A model generated the notes under the pieces. It saw only the letters and a list, made by a program, of their open reading frames with translations. It was not told the origin of the DNA and searched no databases. Below, one piece after another: positions 1 to 12,200 of a stretch of 64,000 nucleotides of DNA. The first letter of the stretch is position 1. Each line of letters starts with the position of its first letter. The stretch covers positions 502,873-566,872 of the forward strand of contig JAANOX010000002.1 of assembly GCA_020184695.1 (NCBI GenBank), in the 5' to 3' direction. Both the position numbers and the translations under genes were made by a program. The stretch is from Histomonas meleagridis 2922-C6/04-290x. Its lineage: Eukaryota > Protista > Parabasalia.

Positions 1-1020
1 TTTATTTGCAAGAACAAACAATTGTATTATTATCATGATGGAAAAGATACTCCTCAAGGGGTCTTAGATTTGTTATTAACAACAGTTAAGCCGGTTAATG
101 ATGGTGAACGTAAGTCCTGCTTTACAATTATCTCGCAAGAAAAAGTATATACGTTACAAGCATTATGTGATTATGACCGAGATGAATGGATAAAAGTTAT
201 ACAAAACAACGTACAATATCTACTTGAACATGTTGGCGTTTCTGACTCTAAAGCCGAAAGTAATAATCAACAAATTATATCACCTTCAAACATCCCATGT
301 AACAAAGTTTGTTGCGATTGCGGTGCACCAAATCCTTCGTGGTGTTGCATTAATTGGGGTACTTGCATATGTATACATTGTTCTGGTGTACATCGAAGTT
401 TAACCACAACATTATCTAAAGTTCGTTCATTGACACTCGATCACTTGGACGAGCAAACGCTGAAACTGTTCGAAATTTTAGGTAATGAAAATGTGAATAA
501 GATTCTTGAAGAAAATATTGGCGATGAGAAAATCGATCAGAATGCAAGCAAAGAGCAAAGAGAAGAATTCATTCGGAAGAAGTATATGGAAGGTGCATTT
601 ATGAACAAGAATGTCGAGAAAGTCGACCTGCGAAGCGCTATCAAAAACAACGACTACGCCAAAATTTATTTGGCAATTTGCCAGGGGCAGTTACAAAATC
701 AATTGAATGGTTTCACTGATTTACATTACGCTGCGGCGGTTGGCGACGCATTGACTACTTTACTCGTTGCATACAATATACCGGTTGTGAACGTCATCGA
801 CGATGGATGGTCTGCTTTGTCTTATGCAACGTATTATCATAATGAACCTGCGGCCCAGGCTTTGCTGTTAGCAGGATGTGACCCTTCAGCTTCGCAAGCT
901 CATCCCTATCAAATAGCTTTGAGTGCTCAAGATGAGAAAATGGCAGTGCTGTTCTTGCCGTATTGGCACGGCGACGATGAAGAGCCAGAGCAATTCACAC
1001 CTCCAAACCCAGTGAATTAG
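1..1020 (+). CDS. ArfGAP protein with PH domain and C-terminal ankyrin repeats (ACAP/centaurin-like), 5'-partial
   Basis: Frame is open from base 1. It shows a PH C-terminal helix (YTLQA...DEWIKVI), an ArfGAP zinc finger CCDC-x16-CIHCSGVHR and ankyrin motifs (GFTDLHYAA, GWSALSYA). Confidence 0.85.
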   Translation, partial: FICKNKQLYYYHDGKDTPQGVLDLLLTTVKPVNDGERKSCFTIISQEKVYTLQALCDYDRDEWIKVIQNNVQYLLEHVGVSDSKAESNNQQIISPSNIPCNKVCCDCGAPNPSWCCINWGTCICIHCSGVHRSLTTTLSKVRSLTLDHLDEQTLKLFEILGNENVNKILEENIGDEKIDQNASKEQREEFIRKKYMEGAFMNKNVEKVDLRSAIKNNDYAKIYLAICQGQLQNQLNGFTDLHYAAAVGDALTTLLVAYNIPVVNVIDDGWSALSYATYYHNEPAAQALLLAGCDPSASQAHPYQIALSAQDEKMAVLFLPYWHGDDEEPEQFTPPNPVN

Positions 1021-1169
1021 CAACCGAAATAAATTATTAAACAATATTTCACCCGTGGAAATGTGAATTATTGAAAATACGAATCATTCTGTTTTGTAAA
1101 CATATGTTGAAATTGAGTTGAGATAAAACAGAAATAAAAGTAGAAAGAACGTTCTTTCTACAAGTGTCA

Positions 1170-1460
1170 TTTGGTAAGATGGAGCTCCCTGACATAACGC
1201 ATCGACAATAAGGTGGATATCTGATAAGCAATTGTGGGTAGGCCACCAAATTCATCCAATCTTAATCCTATCGAAAACATATGGGCAATAATGAAAAGAA
1301 AAATCAAAAAATATGAATGGGTAACTTGAGAAAATTTAATCAGCGTTAAATAGATTTGGTATTACTTTGATGAAAAGACAATAGATGTACTCTCATCTGA
1401 TTTTATTATAAGTTGTGTACTTGTGAGAGATCTTGGATGAGAAAGTGCTTCCTAGTGCCT
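1170..1460 (+). pseudogene. Tc1-family DDE transposase remnant
   Basis: Hand translation gives *DGAP*HNA (QDGAPCH-like) and RPPNSSNLNPIENIWAIMKRKI (WPPNSPDLNPIENIW-like), with stops and a frameshift. Confidence 0.8.
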
Positions 1461-2449
1461 CTCCAGCCACGTTATAATGGTAAAATATAAAATTTGGAAA
1501 ATTAATGAGATCGAAATATTATGTGAACTTAATCAGAGCTTGGAAGCAAGTGGAAACTGATAGGGGAAGGCATTTGGAGAGACAAAAATTTCGTTGTAAC
1601 TCATTTCAAGAATCTAAGTCAAAGAATTCATAACGAAAGATTGAGAAAAACTGTTTTTCTCTTCCAAGTATCAAACAATTTAGCCTCCTTGTTTATTTAT
1701 TATTATAAGGGCTGGTACGAACCGTCTTAGTTATTTTATATAAGCATTCAATCATCTAGGTATGCATCATCCATTTTGTAACAAAACTTTAATCCTTCAA
1801 TTTTTTTCACTTGTGTAAACTCGTCGCCTCTGTTCTTTTGTGGAAACATCACAATGGAATCATGCAACATTGGAGAGATAACAAGTACTAATGGGAATTG
1901 AATATGTAGAAAAAGAGAAGGTTTGAAATAACTCGTTTCTTTGAAAATTCATAACATCGAATACAGTGCAACATATATAACAAAGGTTAACAAATATCTG
2001 CAATTTAATAAAAAATATTGACAAACATTCTGTTATCAATGAAAGCGAAAAAATTATACTTAAATTGAATCAAAAAATGTCTGAGATGAAATATCACTCA
2101 ATATATCAGATAATATCAGATATAATGATTGACAAATTTGGGAAAAATGTATGCTTAGTTACATTCCATGTGATTTATAGTCAACCAGAACTTAAGGTTG
2201 TTGTTGAAGAACGTATGTAAGATGATAGAGATTTTTGTCAAGAGAAATTAACGGTTTTGGTCGATTAAAAACCATTCAAAAATTTCGTTTTTGAAATTGT
2301 GATAAGAAGAATATAAATAAACTGATGTTCAAAAATGGAGACTATGGGTAAAAAAGGGTAAATTTAACAAATTCATAAGTTTATACAATTGACATTAAAA
2401 GAATGGGAAATGAACAAAGCCTTGATGCAGGTGCAAATGTTTTTGTTAA

Positions 2450-2790
2450 TAGCGAAAATTAGATAAAGGAAATCATAAATCCTGAAGAAAATTTTATCCC
2501 AATTTATCAGGATATATGGAAAAACATAGGTAAGGAAATCATTAACAGACTTGTAAATGATTTTATTCGTCGATGTAAATAAATATCAGGAAAAAATTTC
2601 AAGCCATCGAAATTCTGTCAGAGAAAAAGATAAAGTTGGCACAGCTAACATGAGATTTTGGAAGAAGGATCAAGACGAAACTCTATAAAAATAGCACAGA
2701 GAATTTAGCGTTCAATGGAAAAAAATTGGATCAGAGATCAATAGAAGTGGAACAGAAATTAAAAACAGGTATCATTTTTCTGCGCAGGTC
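2450..2790 (+). pseudogene. Degenerate Tc1-like C-terminal segment followed by a Myb-like repeat remnant
   Basis: IWKNIGKEIINRLVNDFIRRCK* resembles the Tc1 tail at 1350-1440. It is followed by FWKKDQDETL*K*HREFSVQWKKIGSEINRSGTEIKNRYHF, a Myb-like W/W/KNRY pattern with stops. Confidence 0.5.
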
Positions 2791-3799
2791 GAAGCGAATT
2801 ATCATCTGCATTCCCATACTTGGTTTCCTCCAATCGATGGAAATTTAATCATGGATCCGATCTTCAAAGATTGGCAACCAACATGGACATTGTAACAGAG
2901 GCCTATGATTTAGAAGAAATTTAGGTAATTTATGTTGTATTTTAGCCCGATTTGCTGAGATATAATGACCATTGTTCAAAAATGGAGACTGTTTTTGAAT
3001 AGTTTACAAAAACATTTCAATAAAGGAGTCCGTTACTTCCCTTCAAATTTACATAGAAAAAGTGACTTCATTACAAAAGTATTCTCCATTTTTGTACATC
3101 AGTTTATTGTCCCTATTGACTTAGTTCTAACCCCTGTATGATGAATGGTGCTCCCGGATTTGAAAAGAATTGAACGTATCGGATTTTTCGATTTTGTAAA
3201 CCATGCAAATAAAACATGTTTTTCGATGCATATTCAATTTTTTTCGTGTTTGTGAGAAAATATTTGGCCTATTCAATTGTGCTTCAATATAAATATTTAT
3301 GCTTAAAATATTGCATGGAAATAAAAATGACAAAAGAAAAAATTCTATGATACTTTCAATTTTCTGTTATAATGTCAAAATATTCTCTGAAATAATTGCA
3401 ATCCGAAAATTCTACTAAGAAAACAGTATAAAAATTAAAATGATTAAAATTTAAAGTATGAATAATTGTAGTATGAAATTTAACTATAGTTATAGTGATA
3501 ATGAGTTGAGATATAACGAGTTTATTCAAAATCAATATCATATCAATAAAAAAAAATTGAAATTTTGTGTTCACTTATCTGTAAAGATTTCTCCATATGA
3601 AATCGAATGATATATTGTGATTATATCTATAACAGAACTAGTGAAGATATAAACTCAAATTTTCATGATAATTATACGTATGTTTTCTCATCCACTTCTT
3701 GGCAGCTGCCCACATTGACTCAATTTTTTAAGATCAAGAAACCAAGCCAATCGAAGGTTCCTGGAATGCATTGATAACTACTTCATTGATCTTGCGTGT

Positions 3800-4480
3800 A
3801 TGATCAATGGATTACCTGCAGATCTGATAGCCAATTTGGACGAAATGGAAGTATATGATCTAGGGTTGACTCCTGATAAAGTCATAATCATGTACCAAAA
3901 AGGTTTTGTTGATGTTTTATGTTTTATTTATTGAGCCACAAATGTATTCTTTCCTGAGATAATTGATAGGATCAAAAGACACACTGGCCGAGATCCATCT
4001 TTTGGTAAGTCTGCTGTTATCATTCTAGATGGATTGAAACAGCATTTCACAGACTTTTTTGAAGATGAGTGTTTTGCTATGAATGTTGATTTAGCAATAA
4101 TTTCCCCACACTCAAGTGACCAAGTTCAACCCCTCGATCTGATCTTATTTGCAGTTGCTAAAACAGATGTAAGAAGAATTAAAAATGACAACGAATTAAG
4201 CTTACAATCAAATGATATCATGAGATTATTTACTGCTATACAAACTGCATCAACAACACGCATTGAACGAATGAGCTGTTCATTTCAACGTGCTGGTATT
4301 ATTACAGAATATGATAGTGAAGAATTATTAGTATCATTAGTTATTACCCTTGATACAAAGGTGAGACATTACCACAGTACAATAAATTCAAACAAAACAA
4401 GGATAAACTTACTTGAGTCAATATCATTCATCGAATCAGATGATTTTATAAGAAGGTTTGAGGAAGAAAATGAATCATAA
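3800..4480 (+). pseudogene. pogo/Tigger (DDE_1) transposase remnant
   Basis: ADLIANLDEM (N-DET motif), VIILDGLKQH and SPHSSDQVQPLDLILF (P-H-T-QPLD motif); upstream frames are broken. Confidence 0.75.
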
Positions 4481-4918
4481 ATTAAAAAATATTTTCACAA
4501 TTTTAATCAAATCATTTTTTAATCTAAAATGCCCATAATTGTGTTTATTGTTTAATTTCTAATGATGAAATTTCAGATTAACTATTTATGAATCCTTAAG
4601 ATTTTTTGAAAATTGATACTGATCTAATTAAGCATAACACTCTCAAGTTATTCTGACATGTTAAAAACTCAGGATGACATATTTTTCTGGTGCCAACAGG
4701 TATTTTTTCCCACTCTATGATGATACTTTATTATAAAACTGCTTCATAGAATTTTTAACATTAATACCTGGTACACCAATTTTTTTATGAAGTGTTACCA
4801 TGCCCCCAAGTTTACTAATTTTTAAAGATAACAAAATACCTTTTCGATAAATCGATATCTAGATAAATAATAATTTCAATTCTTGAAATATTTCCCAAGT
4901 AAACCTTAACGGTCGTAA

Positions 4919-5284
4919 ATGCGTCCAAATATTTGCCAATCTACCGAAAAACCTCTCCACATTCTCAGGGACTGGATCAACGAAGGAAAACTAATTGATG
5001 CAAGAGAACCAGGTTTTATCAAAGTTGACAATGCTTGTCTTGATCTAAATCTGCCCACAGAATATCGATCCAAAAAAGGCAAAAGCGAACCATACACACT
5101 TGAACAAATATGGTTTTTACTTATAAATGACAACATTAAATTTCCAGACTATGTTGCTGCCTCTAAAGAGAAAGGTATTAAAAACGTCCTATATCAAGAT
5201 AGAGAACAAATTCTTGGTTGGCTCAAAGGCAAGTTTGCTACAGTTAAAGGAATTGTAGAAGAAAAACCGGTTCCCAATTCCTAA
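4919..5284 (+). CDS. Stand-alone Cdc73/parafibromin N-terminal domain protein (Paf1 complex)
   Basis: PLHILRDW...YTLEQIWFLL...PDYV...V.YQDREQILGWLKG matches the recalled Cdc73_N pattern (YTLDSILFLL...PVYV...DRKDLLGYLNG). ATG start, TAA stop after 121 aa. Confidence 0.7.
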   Translation: MRPNICQSTEKPLHILRDWINEGKLIDAREPGFIKVDNACLDLNLPTEYRSKKGKSEPYTLEQIWFLLINDNIKFPDYVAASKEKGIKNVLYQDREQILGWLKGKFATVKGIVEEKPVPNS

Positions 5285-5497
5285 TCTAAAAGTCCCACAA
5301 AATAAAGAGGAAACAAAATATAAATAAAAATAAATTTGTTTGCCTTAAAAATGTTTATTGTTACTATTTGAGATTGAATATATTCAGGTATTAATTAAAT
5401 CTTTATCTGCCCATATCTATATTGAGTTCTGAAAAAAGAAATAATCGAGCTCTCTGTAATAGGAGTCTTTATTTTACTTAGGTAAGAAAATGAAATT

Positions 5498-5556
<59 letters not shown>

Positions 5557-5557
5557 A
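5498..5557. repeat. (CAA)n microsatellite, about 20 units
   Basis: Direct reading; lies between convergent 3' ends. Confidence 0.95.
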
Positions 5558-5702
5558 AATTGAAAATAAAAATTGAATTTAGAGACGTTCTCATTAATTT
5601 GTAATTGTTAGTAACAATGATTATTTCTACATAACATTCGCAAAAAGAAAAAATAATTTCATAAATAATTAAACAAAAACAATTTTTTATTAACAATTTC
5701 GC

Positions 5703-8120
5703 TCAAAAATTCTTTTTTCTATCATTTCCCAAATTCGCCGCAATACCTCTTACATAATTTTCATATTGTTTTCCCAAATTTTTTCTTAATATATTTAAAG
5801 TATTTAACCTATACATAGTCTCATGTGTTTCAGCATGTTTGCTCAAATAAAACAACAAATCCAAGCAGAATGGTGTTGCTGGGTTTGCTTTTTCTATGAA
5901 TTCCAGCAACGGCTTAATCACATCCAAAAAATTGACAGAGTAAATAACTTTGACAATTCTTGTCAAAGCGGACGTTAAGTATTGAATTAGTTTCGGTTTT
6001 TGTGTGCTCTTAATTTTCTCGACAATAATTTCTGACATGTTATTGTCCTCGAGCAACTGTGCGAAATCCTGGTTTATTGTTGCGATATATTCTATTACCC
6101 AGCAAGCTGACAGTAGTGCTTGATTATCTCCATATTGTAAAACGTTTGAAATAAAATTCGCGGAAATCGGTAATGAACATAAATATTTTGCCCTGTTTTC
6201 ATCTTGTAACAAAATTATGTACAACTTCAAAATGGAAGGCGCCTTCTGAGGTATTATCCCTAACCATAACTCTATGATACCTGGCTGTAATAGTACATAA
6301 TTTTGTGATGAATTAATTCCAAGTCGACATAACAACAAAAGAGCATTCTCTGATTGAAACTGATAAACAGAAGTAATCAAAGCGCTGCATAAATTAAACA
6401 AAGGTTCGCCTTGAACATTTTTCGCATATCTTAAGATACATTCCAACGCACAATTACGGAGCTGTGGGTTAGATGACACAATATGACTTAGAATATTTAA
6501 CAATTGGAAACATGTTGAAGGCGCATTTATCGAAAACGCTACTTCATAACCCGCAATTACATTTTCTGTTATTGACGAGCACGCGAAACTTGAAATTATT
6601 TCATAATTAATTAGAACGTTTTCATTGGCTAATATTCTTAAAGCCAAATGACCACCTTTAATATTAACTAAAGAGTTAATGTTATCTTTAAAGAATGTTA
6701 TAATTAATTCTCTTAACTTCGAAGTCTTTGGTAACAATGATAATATTTTACATAACAAAATAATACATTTCTCGGATGACTTAATATCACTGATTAAATT
6801 AATAAATGAATTTATCATTTGTATTGTTATTAATTCGGGTACAAAGCAAACAACATAAAGAAATAAGTCTAATGTAATCGGATTAATGTAACAATATAAA
6901 TCTGTGACTTGTGATATCATTTGTAAGATGGAATTCGTTTGTGCAAATGATATCGCAAGCTTTTGCATCAACGGAATGTTCTCTGGCGTCGCATTAACAA
7001 ACGCATTTAAGAAGCGAGGCCAGATTTGCATCTTAGACATGGCGATGTCTGCAATATTATCCTCAAAGAAACGGACAGATGATATTATCTGTTTGTGCGT
7101 CCCATTCTTTAAGCCATCTAAATATGAATTCGCTAATTGGATGATTTGGGGTGGCCCAATTTTGATGGAGCGACGCGTGTTTTGTGATATCGGCTGATGT
7201 GAACTGTTGCGGAGTATTGAATTGGTGGACCCGGAACGTTTACGCTCAGTTTGATTGGTGAGTGAGTTGATGGCCTTTCGGAACTTTTCTTCGCTCGTGC
7301 CGGGAAAGAGATACTTTCCTTTCTCAAAGCCTTTGACTATTTCTTTGAAGGATGGGCGTTGGGTTGGATCAGTATCACGACATTGCTCAATTAACCTGGA
7401 TAAATGCTTGGGACAATCTTCAGGTATCTCAAGCTGCTGATTTATGAGAATAAGATAAACAACTTGTGGAGCTTCTTTGTCACCAAACGGAACTTGTTCT
7501 GTTAGCATCTCCCATAAGATAGTGCCATAGGAATAAACATCAACGGATTGGTCATAGTGTTCGTTTTTAATGAATTCTGGTGACATATAATTGGGTGTGC
7601 CACATTGGCCAGTCATAGTCGCTTGATCAACACGACGACTGGTTCCAAAATCACATATAACAGGAAGGCCACTCTCATCTAATAAGATATTTTGTGGTTT
7701 AAGGTCACGATGAATCATTTGTTTTTGATGAAGATAATTCATGCCAAGAGCTACACAATATGCAATCAAGGTTTTGTCTAAAGGTGAAAGCCCTTTAGGA
7801 GAAGAGTGGATTGCATTATGTAATGAGCCATTTGGGATATACTTGGTAATAATGCAATAAGGTGACTTGACTGTGTACCCAACAAATGGTAGAAGAAAGG
7901 CATGACTTAGTGATGCTAGGCATTTTACTTCACGAAGATAAAGTTGCTCGTTAGTTGGTGATAATGTTACTTCATGTAATTTTTTAATTGCAACTTTCTG
8001 TTTTGTTGGTATATGAATCCCCATTGAAACTTCACCAAACGCACCATTCCCTATGGTTTTGATAAATTTTAAATCTTCGTAGCGAATGACAAATTGCGAG
8101 AGATCAATGGTGTCGTTCAT
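5703..8120 (-). CDS. TKL-family protein kinase with helical (ARM-like) C-terminal region
   Basis: IGNGAFGEV, VAIKKL, HRDLKPQN, DFG, GTPNYMSPE and DVYSYG motifs; ATG start. Confidence 0.92.
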   Translation of the reverse strand: MNDTIDLSQFVIRYEDLKFIKTIGNGAFGEVSMGIHIPTKQKVAIKKLHEVTLSPTNEQLYLREVKCLASLSHAFLLPFVGYTVKSPYCIITKYIPNGSLHNAIHSSPKGLSPLDKTLIAYCVALGMNYLHQKQMIHRDLKPQNILLDESGLPVICDFGTSRRVDQATMTGQCGTPNYMSPEFIKNEHYDQSVDVYSYGTILWEMLTEQVPFGDKEAPQVVYLILINQQLEIPEDCPKHLSRLIEQCRDTDPTQRPSFKEIVKGFEKGKYLFPGTSEEKFRKAINSLTNQTERKRSGSTNSILRNSSHQPISQNTRRSIKIGPPQIIQLANSYLDGLKNGTHKQIISSVRFFEDNIADIAMSKMQIWPRFLNAFVNATPENIPLMQKLAISFAQTNSILQMISQVTDLYCYINPITLDLFLYVVCFVPELITIQMINSFINLISDIKSSEKCIILLCKILSLLPKTSKLRELIITFFKDNINSLVNIKGGHLALRILANENVLINYEIISSFACSSITENVIAGYEVAFSINAPSTCFQLLNILSHIVSSNPQLRNCALECILRYAKNVQGEPLFNLCSALITSVYQFQSENALLLLCRLGINSSQNYVLLQPGIIELWLGIIPQKAPSILKLYIILLQDENRAKYLCSLPISANFISNVLQYGDNQALLSACWVIEYIATINQDFAQLLEDNNMSEIIVEKIKSTQKPKLIQYLTSALTRIVKVIYSVNFLDVIKPLLEFIEKANPATPFCLDLLFYLSKHAETHETMYRLNTLNILRKNLGKQYENYVRGIAANLGNDRKKNF

Positions 8121-8140
8121 TGAAGAATCCTTGTTTCAAT

Positions 8141-8149
8141 TAAACCGTT
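8141..8149 (-). promoter_or_regulatory. M3-type (Myb-like) core promoter motif upstream of the kinase
   Basis: AAACGGTTT on the minus strand about 20 nt upstream of the ATG; fits the trichomonad M3 consensus. Confidence 0.5.
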
Positions 8150-9202
8150 TATAATTCAAAACGTTGACTTCAACAACAATATCCTTTTTTTCATTCCTAT
8201 AAAGAATGTGACGAATGTAAGTCTACACCAAAAAATACGCATGACGCTTGTCTAAAAGATATTATAAAAAAAATTAAAATATTTGCAAATTCACCAATGA
8301 TATCAAAAAAAAAAAAAAAAACATTATTAATTAAAGGAAAGGAAATTTATAAATCATTTCAACATTCTTGTAATCAATGTAATATTAATTAATTGGTATT
8401 GGTTGATTTTAAAAAAAAAAATCTAAAAGTTTCAATATGCTAAAGCACAACTTAAACATCTTTAGAATATTGCTTTTAGATTTTCTACAAGATAGTTATC
8501 AAATATAAGTTAGTTACATTATTTACAATTTTGTGATTTAAGATTATTACCTCAGTATTTTTATTATTCACTCATTTATATGATCTGGTGTGAAAACCAT
8601 TGATGATGTTATTATGTAAGAAATGGAAATTTTAATTTCAGCATGAATATAATATCTGATCTATCAAAAACCAAAAGAAGATTTTTCGGGATATTTAATA
8701 TACTGACATATGATAATTTGTAATTTCCATTCAAACACACAAAAAATAATATAATCATTAATCAATTTTTTATGAATTCATTCATCAATTTTTTTTTTTT
8801 CTCGTTTCGAGGAATCTTGAAGATTAATAAAACCAAGCAAAGGCAAATTTATGCTCAAATCAAATAAGCAGTACATTTAACCTGTTTTTGAGATTTAAGC
8901 TCTTCAAAAGTAAAATAGAATCATTCCTTTATTAAAGTCATTCCATTTATTTTGATTTTTAATGAAATGAATTACTTCTCATATGAATTAGAAATAATCT
9001 TTTGAAAATATTTTTGAATTGATTACATTTACTTACTTATTTTTAATCCTTAACCTTGTTTGTGTGGATTTAGCAAGTTAACACTTGCTGAAGGCGCGAT
9101 GGCTTTGAGCGCTAAAATTTCAATACTCGAATTGAATGGTTTACATAGCACGTTGCAGTAGCAGATGGAAGGGCTGGCGGGATCAAAATCATCTCATTTT
9201 CC

Positions 9203-9592
9203 ATGATGTTCGACGACTTTGGCAATGACAACTTTCTCCAATTCCCACAAATGCAAAACGAATTTGATTATGATATGAATTTGTCTCCTGAAAGTATCCC
9301 AGAATTTAATCCAATGGATTCATTCGAAGATTTATCTGTATCTATTAACGGCTTTGAAGAAGATGATCTTATAACAGGTTGGAGTTCTTTAAAACAAGAA
9401 CAACCAATAAAAATCAAAAGAAAGAAGGTCGTTCAAACAAAGAATGTTTCTGAGATTTCATCTGATTATAAAGAAATAAAGCCAATGATTTTAAGACCAT
9501 TTGAGTCTTGCCAAGCAACAGAAACAAGTGTTATATATCTTAGAATGTGGTCAAACCAAATGTTTGGCAACACGGAAAATCATTATCCATAG
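9203..9592 (+). CDS. Hypothetical acidic protein (129 aa)
   Basis: ATG preceded by Inr-like TCATTT; coding-like composition; no family recognised. Confidence 0.6.
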   Translation: MMFDDFGNDNFLQFPQMQNEFDYDMNLSPESIPEFNPMDSFEDLSVSINGFEEDDLITGWSSLKQEQPIKIKRKKVVQTKNVSEISSDYKEIKPMILRPFESCQATETSVIYLRMWSNQMFGNTENHYP

Positions 9593-9748
9593 ATGTTTCC
9601 ATAAATATAGTTATTTGTTGAGTAAATATTGACTCTCATTGATACAGCTAATTTTGGTTTGTTTTTTCAAGAAATCTCTCTTTCTTGAGTGTATTGCAAA
9701 AATTATGTCTTTACATGAAATGACTGTAATGTGATATGAAATCAGCAA

Positions 9749-11623
9749 ATGTACTGGCTAATCTTTGTCTTAACTACCATCCTATTTGGGATAGCTGTTA
9801 TTTTCTTGATCAAAGGTACAGGAATTTCATTCAGTTTCCATGTTTTTATGGGTTGGCTTGTAGGTGCAATGTTAACAGGTTTTATTCTTTTTTCAATAAC
9901 TTTTTATATACCATTATCAGAACAGATTATCACTCTTATTAGCATTTTCCAAATTGCCTTCTTTGTAATTGTTTATTTGGGTTATTTCTTGTATTATCAA
10001 AAAGAATTCTTGAAGAAAATTTCAATGCCACTTGAACAGACACCTTACGTTTATCTATCTTTCATTATTGTTTCGCTTGTAACCATCAAATACTCGAAAA
10101 TTGCATTCGATTCATTCCCCAAAGAAATCCCAAGATTTGGTAAATTCATAATAGAAAGCGAATACTCTTTTATTTCTTCCATACTTACAGGTGTTAATAC
10201 ACATCGAGAACAATTTTGGAAACTTCGAGATCCAAATCTTGTTAATGCCACCTTTTCTTTCTCCCAATCCATACCTCTTTATTACTGTGCTAGTCTTATG
10301 GAATGCGGTGCCAATTATTCAGAAGTTTCATTATTAATTTCTTTTATTAATAGTCTCTGTACAACGTCTGCAATTTTCTTCTTTTGTCGCTTCTTTGCAC
10401 CAAATCTTCAGTTTTGGGTCGTTATGTGCTATTTCTTTGGTGGCAGTTGGGCATTATTTAAATTATTAAATCCACAATATTCCTCAAATACCGACTTAGA
10501 CTTTGTCCATCAATGTGGTATTGGTGGTCAAACTCCACATTATCAAACATTTTCATTCCATTTCATTATTTCCAAAGTTTCCTCATTTGTCATACCAATT
10601 TGCATATTTGCCATGACATGTATCCAAGGCAGCCAACGACCGTTTGTCAAAAGCTTGCCATCCTACTATATACTTGTTGGGCTTTTAGCGACTTTAATAC
10701 CTTCCACTGCCACCAGTATATGTTTCTTTATATTTGCGTCCAACTATAAGCACGCGATATTGTACGTGTTACCATTTGCGTTGTCTCTCATCCCGAAAGT
10801 AATCAGCGAACGCTTTAGTTACTTCCCAGTATGGCGTGAATACCAAATGCAAGGCATCTTCTTTGCGCATTTTGTTACATTTTTAGATTCATATGGGTTA
10901 CCATATCTTTTTATGTTTTTCTTTCCTTTTGCTATTAGTAGTAATAATAATGATGTGTATGAACATCGTGTGTTAACTGGATTGGTTGTGTTTGTTATTA
11001 TGTGCTTTATGAGAGAAGGAATATCGCTTTTTGCTAATGATTTAGTTGTGAGTTCGATATTTTTACCAATGATAATGATGAACTTTATAATAATATTAAA
11101 TAACATTAAGAATTCGAAACGTAAAATGAAAGGATTCGGTTTATTAATATTTATTATATGCTTTGGTATTTGTATCATTTCGGGATGTATATCGATTAAT
11201 CGAATATTTAGAGAGAAAGTTAAAGAAACTGATGTTAACGCTATAAACATTGGTAATTGGATCATTGATAACATACCAAATGATGAAACTATTTTAACTA
11301 ATTCGATTGATAATCCAGTTTCATTCATTAGTGGTTATCAAACATTAGTCTCGAATTATGATAATATGTTCTTGAAAGGGTATAACATATTCATAAGCAC
11401 CAAAATTTTGGACATTATTAAGAAGTTTAATAACGGTGCGGAAATTATGAACGAGCTGAACATGACGTATTTGGTGGAGAATGTCCAAAATCCAATCGTT
11501 ATAGCAAACATGACGCAAAGGAAATACTTCGATGTGCTGAACCAAAACGGTGAATGGCAAGTGCTCATGCTGAAGAAGGATATGTTCCCAAAGAAGAATG
11601 TGCAAAACGAGATGGAATATTGA
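9749..11623 (+). CDS. Polytopic membrane protein (possibly GT-C glycosyltransferase-like)
   Basis: 624-aa ORF with about 12-13 hydrophobic segments and a soluble C-terminal domain; the fold assignment is inference only. Confidence 0.65.
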   Translation: MYWLIFVLTTILFGIAVIFLIKGTGISFSFHVFMGWLVGAMLTGFILFSITFYIPLSEQIITLISIFQIAFFVIVYLGYFLYYQKEFLKKISMPLEQTPYVYLSFIIVSLVTIKYSKIAFDSFPKEIPRFGKFIIESEYSFISSILTGVNTHREQFWKLRDPNLVNATFSFSQSIPLYYCASLMECGANYSEVSLLISFINSLCTTSAIFFFCRFFAPNLQFWVVMCYFFGGSWALFKLLNPQYSSNTDLDFVHQCGIGGQTPHYQTFSFHFIISKVSSFVIPICIFAMTCIQGSQRPFVKSLPSYYILVGLLATLIPSTATSICFFIFASNYKHAILYVLPFALSLIPKVISERFSYFPVWREYQMQGIFFAHFVTFLDSYGLPYLFMFFFPFAISSNNNDVYEHRVLTGLVVFVIMCFMREGISLFANDLVVSSIFLPMIMMNFIIILNNIKNSKRKMKGFGLLIFIICFGICIISGCISINRIFREKVKETDVNAINIGNWIIDNIPNDETILTNSIDNPVSFISGYQTLVSNYDNMFLKGYNIFISTKILDIIKKFNNGAEIMNELNMTYLVENVQNPIVIANMTQRKYFDVLNQNGEWQVLMLKKDMFPKKNVQNEMEY

Positions 11624-11689
11624 CAAAATAAAAAACAAATGTTGTTTGTTAAATAACCAATGAATAAAAATGATTTGGGTTATGAATGA

Positions 11690-12200
11690 ATGCAAATTTT
11701 AAATTTCTGAATTTGAGTTTAGATTCTAATATCCGCTATTTATGCTTGTTTTCTCATTATTTGATTTTATTTATTCTTTATTTATATATGCTTTTAATTA
11801 TGTTTTATTTCATTTTTTCATTAAATTCTATATCTGTTGCTTTGTTGATATTTATTTATTCACTTTTTATAATTATTTCGTTGTTTATTTCATGAACATT
11901 CGCATTATCATAATTTTCATTTATTTCTTTGTTAACATTTGTTTCTTCACTATGTTCTGTTTGATTGTTTATATATTTGACATTTACATCATTGTTTTCT
12001 TCGTTATGAGTTTTATTATAACATTTGTATCTGTTTCTTCTTCACGTACTTCGTTAACATATAAGTTATCATTTGTTTCTTCATTATTTTTTGTTTCTTG
12101 ATTGACATTTGTTGCTTCATTCCTTTTGCTACTTTATTTGCATTCGTTTCTTTATTATATTGTTTCATTACAATATCTGTCCCATTTCCAAAAATGAAGA
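11690..12200 (-). pseudogene. Degenerate Asn/Glu-rich repetitive ORF remnant
   Basis: Minus strand has recurrent gaagaaacaaatg (EETN-type) units broken by stops and frameshifts. Confidence 0.35.

Noticed and set aside
5496-5696. Poly-Cys ORF
   Set aside because: Translation of the (TTG)n microsatellite.
11686-12101. Hydrophobic plus-strand ORFs resembling membrane proteins
   Set aside because: T-rich antisense of a degenerate Asn/Glu/Lys-rich minus-strand sequence.
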